A DNA stretch of 64,000 bases from an uncultured virus (IMG/VR IMGVR_UViG_3300044946_000014) (lineage: Duplodnaviria; Heunggongvirae; Uroviricota; Caudoviricetes): IMG/VR virus record IMGVR_UViG_3300044946_000014. One strand, 5' to 3'. The translations under genes and the position numbers were made by a program. This document shows, piece by piece, positions 1 through 9,019 of this stretch (position 1 is the first letter of the stretch; each line of letters starts with the position of its first letter). A model generated the notes under the pieces. The model was not told the DNA's origin. It worked only from the letters and a program-made list of their open reading frames with translations, and made no database searches.

Positions 1-332
1 ATCACATCGTGCGCGGCATAGACAAGGACGCTGGCACGTTCCAGCGCTTCGAGGGTAATGGCGAAGTCTACGCGGCCGACGACGGGCGCGTGCTCGGCTA
101 TTGCAAGGCGTCCGAGTACTGCGGCAACCGCTGGACGAAGGTCGTGCTCACGATCGCGCATCTCGATCACATTCCGGAGCACTGCGACGACGACAACCTG
201 AAGGCACTCTGCCAGCGCTGCCACCTCGCCTATGACGCAGAGCACCACCGCGCAAACGCAGCCGCGACGCGCCGGGCGCGAAAGGCGATCGGCGATCTGT
301 TCGAAATATCCAGCGCAGGAGAAGGCCAATGA
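1..332 (+). CDS. HNH-like endonuclease (5' end probably outside window)
   Basis: VVLTIAHLDH...NLKALCQRCH HNH/Zn motif; frame is open back to the window start. Confidence 0.7.
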   Translation, partial: HIVRGIDKDAGTFQRFEGNGEVYAADDGRVLGYCKASEYCGNRWTKVVLTIAHLDHIPEHCDDDNLKALCQRCHLAYDAEHHRANAAATRRARKAIGDLFEISSAGEGQ

Positions 333-601
333 CTGAACCGATTCTGACGCGCGAGGAAATGAAAGCCATTTACTCGCAGCACTTCGCCAATCCATACGAC
401 TTGCTTCCTGATCATGCGCAAGCGTTCGCTGCTGCCATCGAAGCCGCCGTGCTGGAGAAGGTTTGCGGGGAGCCGGTGAAATGGCAAGCCCGCATTCCTG
501 GAAGCACATGGTTCGACGTAAAGCCTGATCTGATCGATCGAATGCGTGACGAAGGCGCGGACGTGCGACCCCTCTACGACCTCCACCGGAGCAAGCCATG
601 A
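329..601 (+). CDS. phage hypothetical protein
   Basis: ATGA overlap with neighbours, GGAG RBS, early-operon context. Confidence 0.6.
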   Translation: MTEPILTREEMKAIYSQHFANPYDLLPDHAQAFAAAIEAAVLEKVCGEPVKWQARIPGSTWFDVKPDLIDRMRDEGADVRPLYDLHRSKP

Positions 602-837
602 GCCGGTGCCTGTTGCACAAAACGAAGCTTGAGCCGTTCAAGACGTGGATGACGGAAGCAGGGATTGAGCATCGCCCCGGACGCGGAGATTTCCAAATCT
701 TGCAGATCAAGACGAAAAACGGCCAATGGCAATGTGTGTTCGACCGCATCGAGGCACCCGAGCACTACACCGTTGCATGGCCGCTTGAGCCTATCGTGCG
801 GCGATTCATTCGGGCCAACAAGGAGAGCAAGCCATGA
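598..837 (+). CDS. phage hypothetical protein
   Basis: translationally coupled ORF (ATGA overlaps). Confidence 0.6.
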   Translation: MSRCLLHKTKLEPFKTWMTEAGIEHRPGRGDFQILQIKTKNGQWQCVFDRIEAPEHYTVAWPLEPIVRRFIRANKESKP

Positions 838-1142
838 AGATCACCGATGACATGCTGACGGAGGTTGAGCCGATCGTCGCGCAATGGATTCGCGAGCGCG
901 GTACCTGCATGGATGGAGCAAGCTACGCGGCTGCGCTTGAACTGGCTGCCTACGTTGCTGGCCGCCGCACGACGCCCGACAGGGATTCGATTATCGAGGA
1001 ATGCGCGAAGGTGATGGACGACCGCGCCACCGAGATCGAGGCGAATGGAAACCTCACGAGCATGACGATGGGGCGGATTTACCGGGCCGAGGCGGAGCGT
1101 ATCCGCGCCCTCAAGACCGCCCCCAATGGAGAGAGGAAGTGA
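834..1142 (+). CDS. phage hypothetical protein
   Basis: coupled ORF with AGGAG RBS. Confidence 0.6.
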   Translation: MKITDDMLTEVEPIVAQWIRERGTCMDGASYAAALELAAYVAGRRTTPDRDSIIEECAKVMDDRATEIEANGNLTSMTMGRIYRAEAERIRALKTAPNGERK

Positions 1143-1477
1143 TCAAGACAACCGGTGCCGAATGGAAAGCGTTCAACAACGACAACGCATATTGGGCTGA
1201 GTTCTACATGGAAGACGAGGAAATCGCTGTAAATGGCGATCCCGTCGATCCGTACACCTTCGAGGCCGACTCACTGGCTGACACTGACAAGGTGACGATA
1301 AATGGCGGTTGGGTTGCAGACCAAGCCAACGGATCAGACAAGGCATACAATCTCGATACGTTTTTCAGTAGATGGCGCAAACAACAGACAACCGAGTATC
1401 TGAGCGTCGAAGTGCCGAAAGAAAAGGCTGATGCGGTGCGAGAGGCAATCAAGGCCGCAGGAGGTAAGGTCAAGTGA
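1139..1477 (+). CDS. phage hypothetical protein
   Basis: GTG start after GAGG, overlapping upstream stop (GTGA). Confidence 0.6.
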   Translation: MIKTTGAEWKAFNNDNAYWAEFYMEDEEIAVNGDPVDPYTFEADSLADTDKVTINGGWVADQANGSDKAYNLDTFFSRWRKQQTTEYLSVEVPKEKADAVREAIKAAGGKVK

Positions 1478-2007
1478 TCGACATCGAGAAGATGAAAGCG
1501 CTGGCGAAGAAGTTCAGGATCGTAAGCGGTCATGTTGGACAATTCCGCAGGCACATGCTCGATGACTACCGCGAAGCCGCCACTGCCATCGATACCCTCC
1601 TATCCGAACTCGAACAAAACCGGATCGACCAGTTGGAGGCTCAGGGTGCGTTCGAGGAACTGGACCGCGAGAACAACGGTCTTCGAGCGGCTCGGATCGC
1701 CTACGCCAGCGAGTTCGAACCAGATTCAGAAGGACTGCCCAATGTCGGCAACATCCACGCGAACATCCGCAAGCTAAAGGCCGAACTCGAAGCCCGAGAA
1801 GCGGATCGGCGACGGTTCGAGTTTCTTGCAGATCGATACAGATGGGCTGGCGTCCATATCGATTTTGAGAAAGACAGCCATTATCGGCAGCACCGTGTCA
1901 CATGGCACCAAGGCGACGGATGGTGGCACGCGGCAGGACAATCGGTGGAAGAGGCTATCGACGCCGCCATCGACCTCGCGCAACGACAAGAAGGGGAAGA
2001 GCAGTGA
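1474..2007 (+). CDS. Ead/Ea22-like phage early protein
   Basis: MIDIEKMKALAK start and coiled-coil body typical of this mosaic family. Confidence 0.5.
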   Translation: MIDIEKMKALAKKFRIVSGHVGQFRRHMLDDYREAATAIDTLLSELEQNRIDQLEAQGAFEELDRENNGLRAARIAYASEFEPDSEGLPNVGNIHANIRKLKAELEAREADRRRFEFLADRYRWAGVHIDFEKDSHYRQHRVTWHQGDGWWHAAGQSVEEAIDAAIDLAQRQEGEEQ

Positions 2008-2237
2008 GCCGATACCCATACACCGAAGCATGCGATTTCATTCGGCAATTTGGTGGTACATACGATGCCGATGTCGGATGCGTGCTGCCGTCACTTTCAC
2101 GATCCGATGCTAGCCAAATCCGGCAGGCGATTGCCAAAGCGATCGGTATGGACGACGAGGAACTGGCGAAGAAGATCGCGGACTACGCGCGCATCCAGGA
2201 AGGTCACATCCTTGCTAGTGAGGGAGAACAGAAATGA
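2004..2237 (+). CDS. phage hypothetical protein
   Basis: GTGA-coupled ORF. Confidence 0.55.
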   Translation: MSRYPYTEACDFIRQFGGTYDADVGCVLPSLSRSDASQIRQAIAKAIGMDDEELAKKIADYARIQEGHILASEGEQK

Positions 2238-2647
2238 ATGCAAAAGAACTGGCCGCACGTCTTAATGGCACCGACTACCCGCTATATGTCCCGAAGGAAT
2301 TGGCAGCCGAAGCCAAAATTGCTGGCTTGGTCATCGTCTATGGCGCATCGGACGATTTGATGGAGTTCGCTGGGGCGATTGATGACGAGTTAGGCGCCTA
2401 CGACGGGACGACTGCATATCTTGTTCGCACTGGGATATTGCAAAACGATTGCGATAATGATGGTTGCCCGCACTTCGAAAAACTGAAGGCCAACGCCAAA
2501 ACCATCGAGGCGCTTTGGTGCAAGGAAGGCGACTACTCGTGGACTTATCGAACAGCCATCCCGCACGAGACATTTGAGATCACCGAGGACGGTGGCCCAT
2601 ATTGCCGTGGCATCGTATTTGCTCTGGCCGATGTCGATGGAGTTTGA
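2234..2647 (+). CDS. conserved phage hypothetical protein
   Basis: GLVIVYGASDDLMEF...YCRGIVF motif; coupled start with GGAG RBS. Confidence 0.65.
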   Translation: MNAKELAARLNGTDYPLYVPKELAAEAKIAGLVIVYGASDDLMEFAGAIDDELGAYDGTTAYLVRTGILQNDCDNDGCPHFEKLKANAKTIEALWCKEGDYSWTYRTAIPHETFEITEDGGPYCRGIVFALADVDGV

Positions 2648-2862
2648 ATGCACCACACGTTTCAAAGAATCCTAGCAATCAGCCGCATGGAGTTTGGTAT
2701 GCCGGTAAATGAAGAGTGTCGGCACGGCGTAAAATGGTCGTGCTACTGCGCCCAATGCGAATTCGCGCTGGCGCTTGAAACGGAGGTGCGCCATGGGCGC
2801 GAAGTCGATGAGGCGCGGAAAGTGATTGAGGAAGCGCAGAAGAGGGAGTGGGAGGCGAGCAA

Positions 2863-3372
2863 GTGAATGCAATTATCAGCCCATGTGGCAACTACCGATA
2901 CCGTCTCGATCGCGAGGTGCCTAAACGAGACAGCGTGCACGAACCGCTCGTATTCGCGTACTTTGGCGTGAATCCGTCAACCGCTGACGCGACGCTTGAC
3001 GATGCTACGGTGCGTAAATGGACAGGGTTCACGGCGCGCAATGGCGGCACACGTTTCATCGTAGGAAATGCATTCGCTTACCGTGCCACAGATGTGCGTG
3101 CGTTGCATGCCGCTGGAAATCCGATCGGCGAGGAAAACAATCGCTATCTAACCGAGATTATTGCCGAAGCAAACATTCTTGTGCCGTGCTGGGGTGATCG
3201 TAGCAAACTGCCATCACATCTACGCAGCCGCCTTGATGCAGTCGCAGAAATGTTGACTAAGTCCGGGAAGCTCGTGCTGACATTTGGCTTAACGAAGGGC
3301 GGCGATCCAAAGCATCCGTTGATGCTCAGTTATGAGACACGATTGGTCTCATGGCAAACGAGAGCGGCATGA
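2863..3372 (+). CDS. DUF1643 family protein
   Basis: YRYRLDR, GVNPSTADA..DDAT, N.FAYRAT, PKHPL motifs. Confidence 0.85.
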   Translation: MNAIISPCGNYRYRLDREVPKRDSVHEPLVFAYFGVNPSTADATLDDATVRKWTGFTARNGGTRFIVGNAFAYRATDVRALHAAGNPIGEENNRYLTEIIAEANILVPCWGDRSKLPSHLRSRLDAVAEMLTKSGKLVLTFGLTKGGDPKHPLMLSYETRLVSWQTRAA

Positions 3373-3429
3373 AACATGCGGCAAAGACCGCATAAACAAG
3401 TTCTCGGGGTGATTCTTTGCGAGGACAGG

Positions 3430-3771
3430 ATGGATCTGCGTAACGGGAAAAGAGTCAGTGCCAAAGATGCTGCTGCGATCCTCGGCGTATCATATGCTAA
3501 CATCAGCAGGATTGATCGATCATGTGAGATCATTCAGCGCTTCAAGCTCGGTCACAAAACTTTCGTCTACGATCTCGATTCGCTCTACAGATATCTAGCA
3601 TCATGCCAATCGAAACCATTACCAAAGGTGGACGTAGGCGCTACCGATGGACGTTCGAACGCGTCATCGAAGATCAGCGTATCCGCAAAACCAAACTCCT
3701 CCCTGCGGGAATTTCTGCGGCAGACGCGGACAAACTTGGCCGTCAATGGGATGCCGAAACCTACGCGATAG
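3430..3771 (+). CDS. xis: excisionase-like HTH protein
   Basis: VSAKDAAAILGVS winged-HTH directly upstream of, and overlapping, the integrase. Confidence 0.6.
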   Translation: MDLRNGKRVSAKDAAAILGVSYANISRIDRSCEIIQRFKLGHKTFVYDLDSLYRYLASCQSKPLPKVDVGATDGRSNASSKISVSAKPNSSLREFLRQTRTNLAVNGMPKPTR

Positions 3772-4598
3772 CGACTGGGTTAAAGAAGAGGACGATTACG
3801 ATCGGAGAATGCGTTCGGATTCATTTCGCTGACGAAGGTGCGCGCTGGAAGGATATTAATTCGCGCTCTCAAGTCATGGAGAAGTACGCGCCAGAATATG
3901 AGAATCAGGATGCCATGGATGGGCTATACGCATGGTCTATCCAGTTCACAGGCTATTTGCGCGCGAGTGTTGATCGTGACGGAAAACAAAAACGGCCGCT
4001 AGCCGACAAATCGATCAGCAATATCCTCGGTTATATTCGTGCTGCGATCAAATATGCCCACAAGAAGGGCAAAGTCGAACATGATGAAACCAGTCGCATG
4101 GCGATTCCAAAATTCGACAACGAGCGGCATATTTACGAAGGGCGACGTACGATGCTGAAGATCGCCAAGGCGAGCCCATATCGGGAAGTGCGTGCCGCGA
4201 TCCGGGTCGCCTTTTATTCAGGTATGCGCCTGAGTGAGATTCTTCGCGCTAATGTCATGGCCAAGGGGTTCGATTTGGGAACCACGAAGAACGGTCGGCC
4301 ACGTATCGTACCAATCCATCCAAAAATCGCCGTGATTGCCAGGTGCGTCCGGTTCACGATCAAACCATATCAACTCAAAGATCAATGGGTATTGGCTCGC
4401 AAAAAAGCAGGTTATCCAGAACTGCGCTTCCACGATTTGCGGCACAGCGCAGCATCAGAAATGATCAACGCAGGCGTTGATCTGTACACTGTCGGCGGCG
4501 TTCTTGGACACAAGACACCCGCCTCAACGCGACGCTATGCGCATCTCGTGACGGACCGCTTGGCGGATGCGGTGAACAAGATCGGAAAGGGTGAGTAG
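3603..4598 (+). CDS. int: tyrosine recombinase / phage integrase
   Basis: SGMRLSEI (R), TKNG (K), FHDLRHS (HxxR), LGH, RRYAH catalytic motifs. Confidence 0.95.
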   Translation: MPIETITKGGRRRYRWTFERVIEDQRIRKTKLLPAGISAADADKLGRQWDAETYAIATGLKKRTITIGECVRIHFADEGARWKDINSRSQVMEKYAPEYENQDAMDGLYAWSIQFTGYLRASVDRDGKQKRPLADKSISNILGYIRAAIKYAHKKGKVEHDETSRMAIPKFDNERHIYEGRRTMLKIAKASPYREVRAAIRVAFYSGMRLSEILRANVMAKGFDLGTTKNGRPRIVPIHPKIAVIARCVRFTIKPYQLKDQWVLARKKAGYPELRFHDLRHSAASEMINAGVDLYTVGGVLGHKTPASTRRYAHLVTDRLADAVNKIGKGE

Positions 4599-4632
4599 GG
4601 TGTGGGAAAAGTTGGCGTAGCACCTCGGGGTA

Positions 4633-4648
4633 CTGTCAGCATATACAG
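4633..4648. promoter_or_regulatory. LexA (SOS) box
   Basis: CTGT-CAGCATAT-ACAG matches CTGT-N8-ACAG exactly. Confidence 0.6.
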
Positions 4649-4722
4649 CATTGACAATCGACCGCATCCGCGTCTGGGCGCGGCAACCAAGTTTGTCAAC
4701 TGAGTTTACATACAGTAGTATG

Positions 4723-4789
4723 GGGCTTCAAACCCGGTTGGGGGTGTCAGACACTCCCGGGTCGGTTCGACTCCGGCTGCCTTCCGCCA
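4723..4789 (+). other. attP core = 3' two-thirds of tRNA-Sec (selC)
   Basis: GGGC-TTCAAA-CCC anticodon loop with TCA, long variable arm GGGGGTGTCAGACACTCCC, GGTTCGACTCC T-arm, ends GCCTTCCGCCA; 5' half absent; 125 bp after int. Confidence 0.9.
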
Positions 4790-4920
4790 TAAGGGTTTCT
4801 AGCGATTTTGGCACTCCGAGCAGAGCGCTCGTTTCGTTCAGGGTGTGGGTTTTTCTGACCGCTCCCGAAAAACTTCGAGCGCGGTTGTATCCTACAGTTA
4901 TCACAAAACCAGATTCCAAA

Positions 4921-5238
4921 ATGGAACTCAAAGAACTACAGGCCCAGCTCAGGGAAGTGAACATCCAGATCGCCGAGGCGCGGTCGCAGGAACGGCGGGC
5001 ATGGCTCGCGACGGTCAAGGAACAGGTTCAGGCGCTCGGCATCAGCCAAGACGAATTGCTCCGCGCAGCAGGCTTCCTGAAGATCCACAAACGCGCCGCA
5101 GCGAAGTACTACGATCCGTCATCGGGGAAATCATGGTCAGGCAAAGGCCCGCGCCCGAAGTGGCTGGAGGGCAAGAACCTGGATGACTATCTGATTGATC
5201 GCCAGCCTAAGGCTTGGTGGCCGGGAGAAGAGGGATGA
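4921..5238 (+). CDS. H-NS family nucleoid-associated protein
   Basis: N-terminal coiled coil plus KYYDPSSGKSWSGKGPRPKWL H-NS DNA-binding signature. Confidence 0.9.
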   Translation: MELKELQAQLREVNIQIAEARSQERRAWLATVKEQVQALGISQDELLRAAGFLKIHKRAAAKYYDPSSGKSWSGKGPRPKWLEGKNLDDYLIDRQPKAWWPGEEG

Positions 5239-5411
5239 ATGTGGGAGAGTTGCGTGAAATCATCAAGGATCTTCCGGACGATATGACGATCTTGACCTAT
5301 GACTATGGTTGGTTACAGGAAGAGTTTGCCGGTGCGGAAATGATTATCGGTGGCGATCCGCGCCACGAAGGAAGAACTGAAGCTGGGAAACAATATCTGC
5401 TGATCTATTGA
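5235..5411 (+). CDS. small hypothetical protein
   Basis: ATGA-coupled to H-NS gene; MNVGELREIIKDLPDDM start common in phage small ORFs. Confidence 0.55.
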   Translation: MNVGELREIIKDLPDDMTILTYDYGWLQEEFAGAEMIIGGDPRHEGRTEAGKQYLLIY

Positions 5412-5679
5412 CGCGCAGCCACAATCGGCTGGCTAGGAGGCGGGATGAAAATTAGACAGTTCAAGCATCGCGCGAGACGGCCTGATTTCAGAATGATGCA
5501 GATTGGCAAAACCAAATATATTGAAATGAAAAGTTATTCGGCAGTAGATCGATTCTTTTCGACAGATGCCGAAGAAACAAAGCGAGCAGAAGAATTCTTC
5601 AGTATCAGTACCTAAATCAGGGATGGCAGTACTTGGGAGAAGGATTTGACGCGCAGCGCAAGGCTGGCTAGAGAGGGGT

Positions 5680-5991
5680 GTGATGGACGAACCAACCATC
5701 CAACAAGTGATCGACGGATTCCGCCATGGGCCGTTGCTAGGAAGCATTGATGATCGCGCCGCAGGTATAGCGAGCTATCTATCACGCGGAAAAACATCCG
5801 TAATCGTAGATCGCATAGAAGGCACGGTCGCTCACTTCATACAACATACGATATTAGAAGATCCAATGTTCCACTTTCGAGGCGGGATGGGGGACTTCTA
5901 CAGATACGAAACAACTAGGTTTGAAGTTGAGATGGCTTCGCATAGCGCGGGCCAGAAAGAGGGGTGCGGCGACACAAGCAAGGGCTTGTAA
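5680..5991 (+). CDS. hypothetical protein
   Basis: GAGG RBS, ORF in att-proximal accessory region. Confidence 0.4.
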   Translation: MMDEPTIQQVIDGFRHGPLLGSIDDRAAGIASYLSRGKTSVIVDRIEGTVAHFIQHTILEDPMFHFRGGMGDFYRYETTRFEVEMASHSAGQKEGCGDTSKGL

Positions 5992-6079
5992 TCGCCGGGT
6001 ACAACAGATGTTTTGTAGTCCATTGTCCATGGACACGGGACATGCTGAAAATGAAATTTTTATAATGTCAAGTGTCTAA

Positions 6080-6661
6080 TCAGCGAAGTGCAGCAATAAC
6101 TCGCGCGATGGCGTGATCCTTCACGTTTGGGATGGGCATTGAAGACTTGCCGATATGCGTCAGCAATCCGGCATGTTGCCAGTCCAAAGGTAGACTCGGA
6201 ACTATATCGAGTCCATTCCAGTACAGATGCAGCGGCACTTTCGCGAGCAACGTGCGGAAGTTAGCGTCAGGACTGATGCGCGGCGGCTCGAATCCGAATA
6301 CGGCGACTGGTGGATTGCCCGAGACGGTCATAGCGGCGGCAGCTACGACAGCGATAGCAGCCCCGAGACTATGCCCTACGAGCGTTACAGGCTTCCCGTC
6401 GATCGCGGCAAGCACTGGCGTCGAAATAGCCTGCCAAGCCTGCCAGAATCCCCTATGGCACTTCCCGATGCCCGGAACCACCGTCGGGCCGATGTCGATG
6501 TCCGCACCGACGCAATCTGCGTTATCTGTGCCAGGAAAGGCAATCACCAATCCATCCGCCGTATGCCGCACGATGGCCCGAGAAGCGCTATCCGGATCGC
6601 CAATGTCAGGCTTTGCGGAATACGCCTCTTGGGCCAAGAGGGCGTAAGCGTGCGCGTTCAT
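6080..6661 (-). CDS. lipase class 3 family (alpha/beta hydrolase)
   Basis: IAFPGT, HRGF, GHSLG nucleophile elbow, DIVP, C-terminal His. Confidence 0.9.
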   Translation of the reverse strand: MNAHAYALLAQEAYSAKPDIGDPDSASRAIVRHTADGLVIAFPGTDNADCVGADIDIGPTVVPGIGKCHRGFWQAWQAISTPVLAAIDGKPVTLVGHSLGAAIAVVAAAAMTVSGNPPVAVFGFEPPRISPDANFRTLLAKVPLHLYWNGLDIVPSLPLDWQHAGLLTHIGKSSMPIPNVKDHAIARVIAALR

Positions 6662-7080
6662 TACAGAGGCGCGCCAGAAAGCGGGGTGGCCGGCGCAAGA
6701 CTGATCGCCATGTTGAAAGCCAACACGGCCGTGTCGATAGCGGCGTTCGCAGCGTTCTTCTTGTCTTGTGCGATGGACGACGAATCGACGAGCGACTTGA
6801 CGAGCGGCAGCGTCGTATTAACGACGGTTTGCAAACTCGCCGCATTGACCGTCGCGCCGGCAGCGCAGACTTCAGCGATGGCTGGCTTCACGGTCTTTTC
6901 CAGCGTATCCGCAGCACCGCCCGTGAAAACACCATCAGCAGTCAAGATGGCGAATTCGCCTTGAGCGGCGCCACAGGCGATCTTCACCTGGTCGGCAAAA
7001 GTGAGGGTGGGTGCAGACGAGCACGCAGAAAGAGCGAGCATGGCAGAGCCTGCCGCAAGCAGCATAGATTTGCGAAACAT
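6661..7080 (-). CDS. lipoprotein
   Basis: signal peptide with LSAC lipobox. Confidence 0.75.
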   Translation of the reverse strand: MFRKSMLLAAGSAMLALSACSSAPTLTFADQVKIACGAAQGEFAILTADGVFTGGAADTLEKTVKPAIAEVCAAGATVNAASLQTVVNTTLPLVKSLVDSSSIAQDKKNAANAAIDTAVLAFNMAISLAPATPLSGAPL

Positions 7081-7089
7081 ATGGAACCT

Positions 7090-7404
7090 TTATGGAGCTA
7101 GTTTGATTGCCGCAGTAGCGGCATTTGAGACGGCGCCAGCGATTGCTGTAGTGGCTTGTGATTGCGCAGTGATTGGGGCGGTGGCCCCTACGCCAGCCTC
7201 GGAGAAGTCCAACGTATAACCGTCCGCCGATTTCTGGACATGAACGGTCACGCTGGCGATGTCTTTACTGTTCGTTATGGTTGCAGCGCAGCACAAGACT
7301 TGCTTTGACGCCTCGTCGTAAAACGGCCGGATGTCGTAAGTCGCTTGGCCAGCGCATGCGCTAAGCAGCCCGAGCACCGGAATGGCGAGCGCGAGGCGGA
7401 TCAT
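7090..7404 (-). CDS. lipoprotein
   Basis: MIRLALAIPVLGLLSAC lipobox. Confidence 0.75.
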   Translation of the reverse strand: MIRLALAIPVLGLLSACAGQATYDIRPFYDEASKQVLCCAATITNSKDIASVTVHVQKSADGYTLDFSEAGVGATAPITAQSQATTAIAGAVSNAATAAIKLAP

Positions 7405-7595
7405 TGCGCGAGCGGCGTCTTGCCAGTATTCGTCACGACGTGATAGAGACCGAGGCCGCCAAGACCGATCTTGATGTTCTCTACGTAATCCGTCGCCGGA
7501 ACCTTGCCTGTATAGACGAGGTATGACCATGCGGCGAAAAGGACGCCGCCGACGAGAAGTTTTTGAGTGTTGGCCGAGATGTTGGTGAGATTCAT
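7401..7595 (-). CDS. putative holin
   Basis: 64 aa, 1-2 hydrophobic helices, lysis-cassette position, AGGAG RBS. Confidence 0.5.
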   Translation of the reverse strand: MNLTNISANTQKLLVGGVLFAAWSYLVYTGKVPATDYVENIKIGLGGLGLYHVVTNTGKTPLAQ

Positions 7596-7603
7596 GCTTT
7601 CTC

Positions 7604-8086
7604 CTAGACTTCGTGATGGATGACTTCGACCGCCGAAAACTTGTAGCCTTCTTTGGCGTACTTCTGAGCGATCCAGAGCGGGAATGGCATCGTGTGAATG
7701 CCTTCATCCTTGGCGACGTGATGAGTCTTGCAAAGAAGCATTCCATTCACCGTCATATCGTCGACAAACTGAACCCAATCGGTGAAATTGGCCCAATCGA
7801 ATGCTTGAATGTGCTTACCCCAGTAGCCAGCCTGAGCATCAAACTTGAACCGCTCCCAATCGATCATTTCGGCGAGCGAGCGCTCGATCGGATGATGGTG
7901 TGCTTCGAGCGGATGGCCAGATTCTTCAGCGGTTGCATTGCAGATGAAGCACCGTCCATCGCGCGCGATCAATTCCTTGCGGGTGCGCGTGAATAGAGCA
8001 GTTGTCTTGCGCTCTTCATGTGACGGAATGTTCACATCGACGGTGAGCGTTTCGTGTTCAGTGTGTGCCTGAGTGGTTTCGGTCAT
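7604..8086 (-). CDS. HNH-fold-like hypothetical protein
   Basis: RCFIC...LEAHH...NGMLLCKTHH pattern. Confidence 0.55.
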   Translation of the reverse strand: MTETTQAHTEHETLTVDVNIPSHEERKTTALFTRTRKELIARDGRCFICNATAEESGHPLEAHHHPIERSLAEMIDWERFKFDAQAGYWGKHIQAFDWANFTDWVQFVDDMTVNGMLLCKTHHVAKDEGIHTMPFPLWIAQKYAKEGYKFSAVEVIHHEV

Positions 8087-8634
8087 GCGATGCCAAGCGC
8101 CTTGCGCGCTGCCGTATAGAGAGCCTGCCGATCAGCTAGGCCATTGAGACCGCCATTGATTCGCTCGGTGAGCGTAGTGAACTGTCCCGAGATGGCGAGG
8201 CCGCTGAGTTTGTTGTTCCACCAGTACCACCCGGCCGACATCGCTGCATGCTCGGGTTGCTCAAGCAGCTCGGGATGATTCAGGAGATCGAGATCAAGGC
8301 CGATAGCAGCCAGTGTGTAGTTCCGGCGCCCCGTAATCTGAATCAAGCCACGGCCTTTATATCGCTCACCATCTCCGGACTGCGTATTTCCTAGGCTCTT
8401 GGCTTTTTGCGACGGCGGCTCATAAAGCTTCTGCGCTGCTGTCGGGCCCCAAATTTCCGCGAGCCATACAAGACCACCGGATTCATGACCGGTCTGCGCT
8501 AAAAAGGCAGCGATATCCCGAGCATCAAGGATATGGAACGTGTCGCATGCAGATTGGATAAAGGGAGCAAAAAGCGTGGCCCGATCCAACGTTGCGCCAG
8601 TCCCGACGGCAACGATCTGAGGGGTGAGATTCAT
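8083..8634 (-). CDS. endolysin, glycoside hydrolase family 19
   Basis: AAFLAQTGHESG, YKGRGLIQITGRRNY, INGGLNGLADR motifs. Confidence 0.93.
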   Translation of the reverse strand: MNLTPQIVAVGTGATLDRATLFAPFIQSACDTFHILDARDIAAFLAQTGHESGGLVWLAEIWGPTAAQKLYEPPSQKAKSLGNTQSGDGERYKGRGLIQITGRRNYTLAAIGLDLDLLNHPELLEQPEHAAMSAGWYWWNNKLSGLAISGQFTTLTERINGGLNGLADRQALYTAARKALGIA

Positions 8635-8960
8635 TCCCGATCCGCCTTGTTTTCGAGTCGACGATCGAACTTTTCGTCCATCGATTCCAGCTTTCTGAAC
8701 ACGGCATCAACAGACGCGCTGAAACGATCAATTGCCTTCTCAAAGGCAGAATTTGGCGTGTAAGTCTCAGCCACGTGTAGGCGGTAGGCATCCAGCGCCT
8801 TCTCTTGTTCCTTCATGCGCTTCTCCTGCGCCTCGAACTTGTCGTCGTGCGCTTCGAACTTCTTGTCTGCTTGACTGATGGCGCGTCTGATCAACCAGCC
8901 AAACGCGCCAACCATAGCAGTAGCAATGCCGCCGACCCCGGCAACGGTCGTGTTGTCCAT
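8631..8960 (-). CDS. membrane-anchored coiled-coil protein (holin/antiholin candidate)
   Basis: single N-terminal TM then charged coiled coil, immediately upstream of endolysin. Confidence 0.55.
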   Translation of the reverse strand: MDNTTVAGVGGIATAMVGAFGWLIRRAISQADKKFEAHDDKFEAQEKRMKEQEKALDAYRLHVAETYTPNSAFEKAIDRFSASVDAVFRKLESMDEKFDRRLENKADRE

Positions 8961-9019
8961 GTGATTCTGGGAAAAAGAAAAGCCGCACGAGGCAGCTAAA
9001 TATTGGACGTTTGAAAATA

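Noticed and set aside
4723..4789. Functional tRNA-Sec gene
   Set aside because: Acceptor 5' strand and D arm are missing; it is an att core.
4651..4920. N-terminal extension of the H-NS ORF (195-aa version)
   Set aside because: Runs through attP and the tRNA fragment; the H-NS fold starts at ATG 4921.
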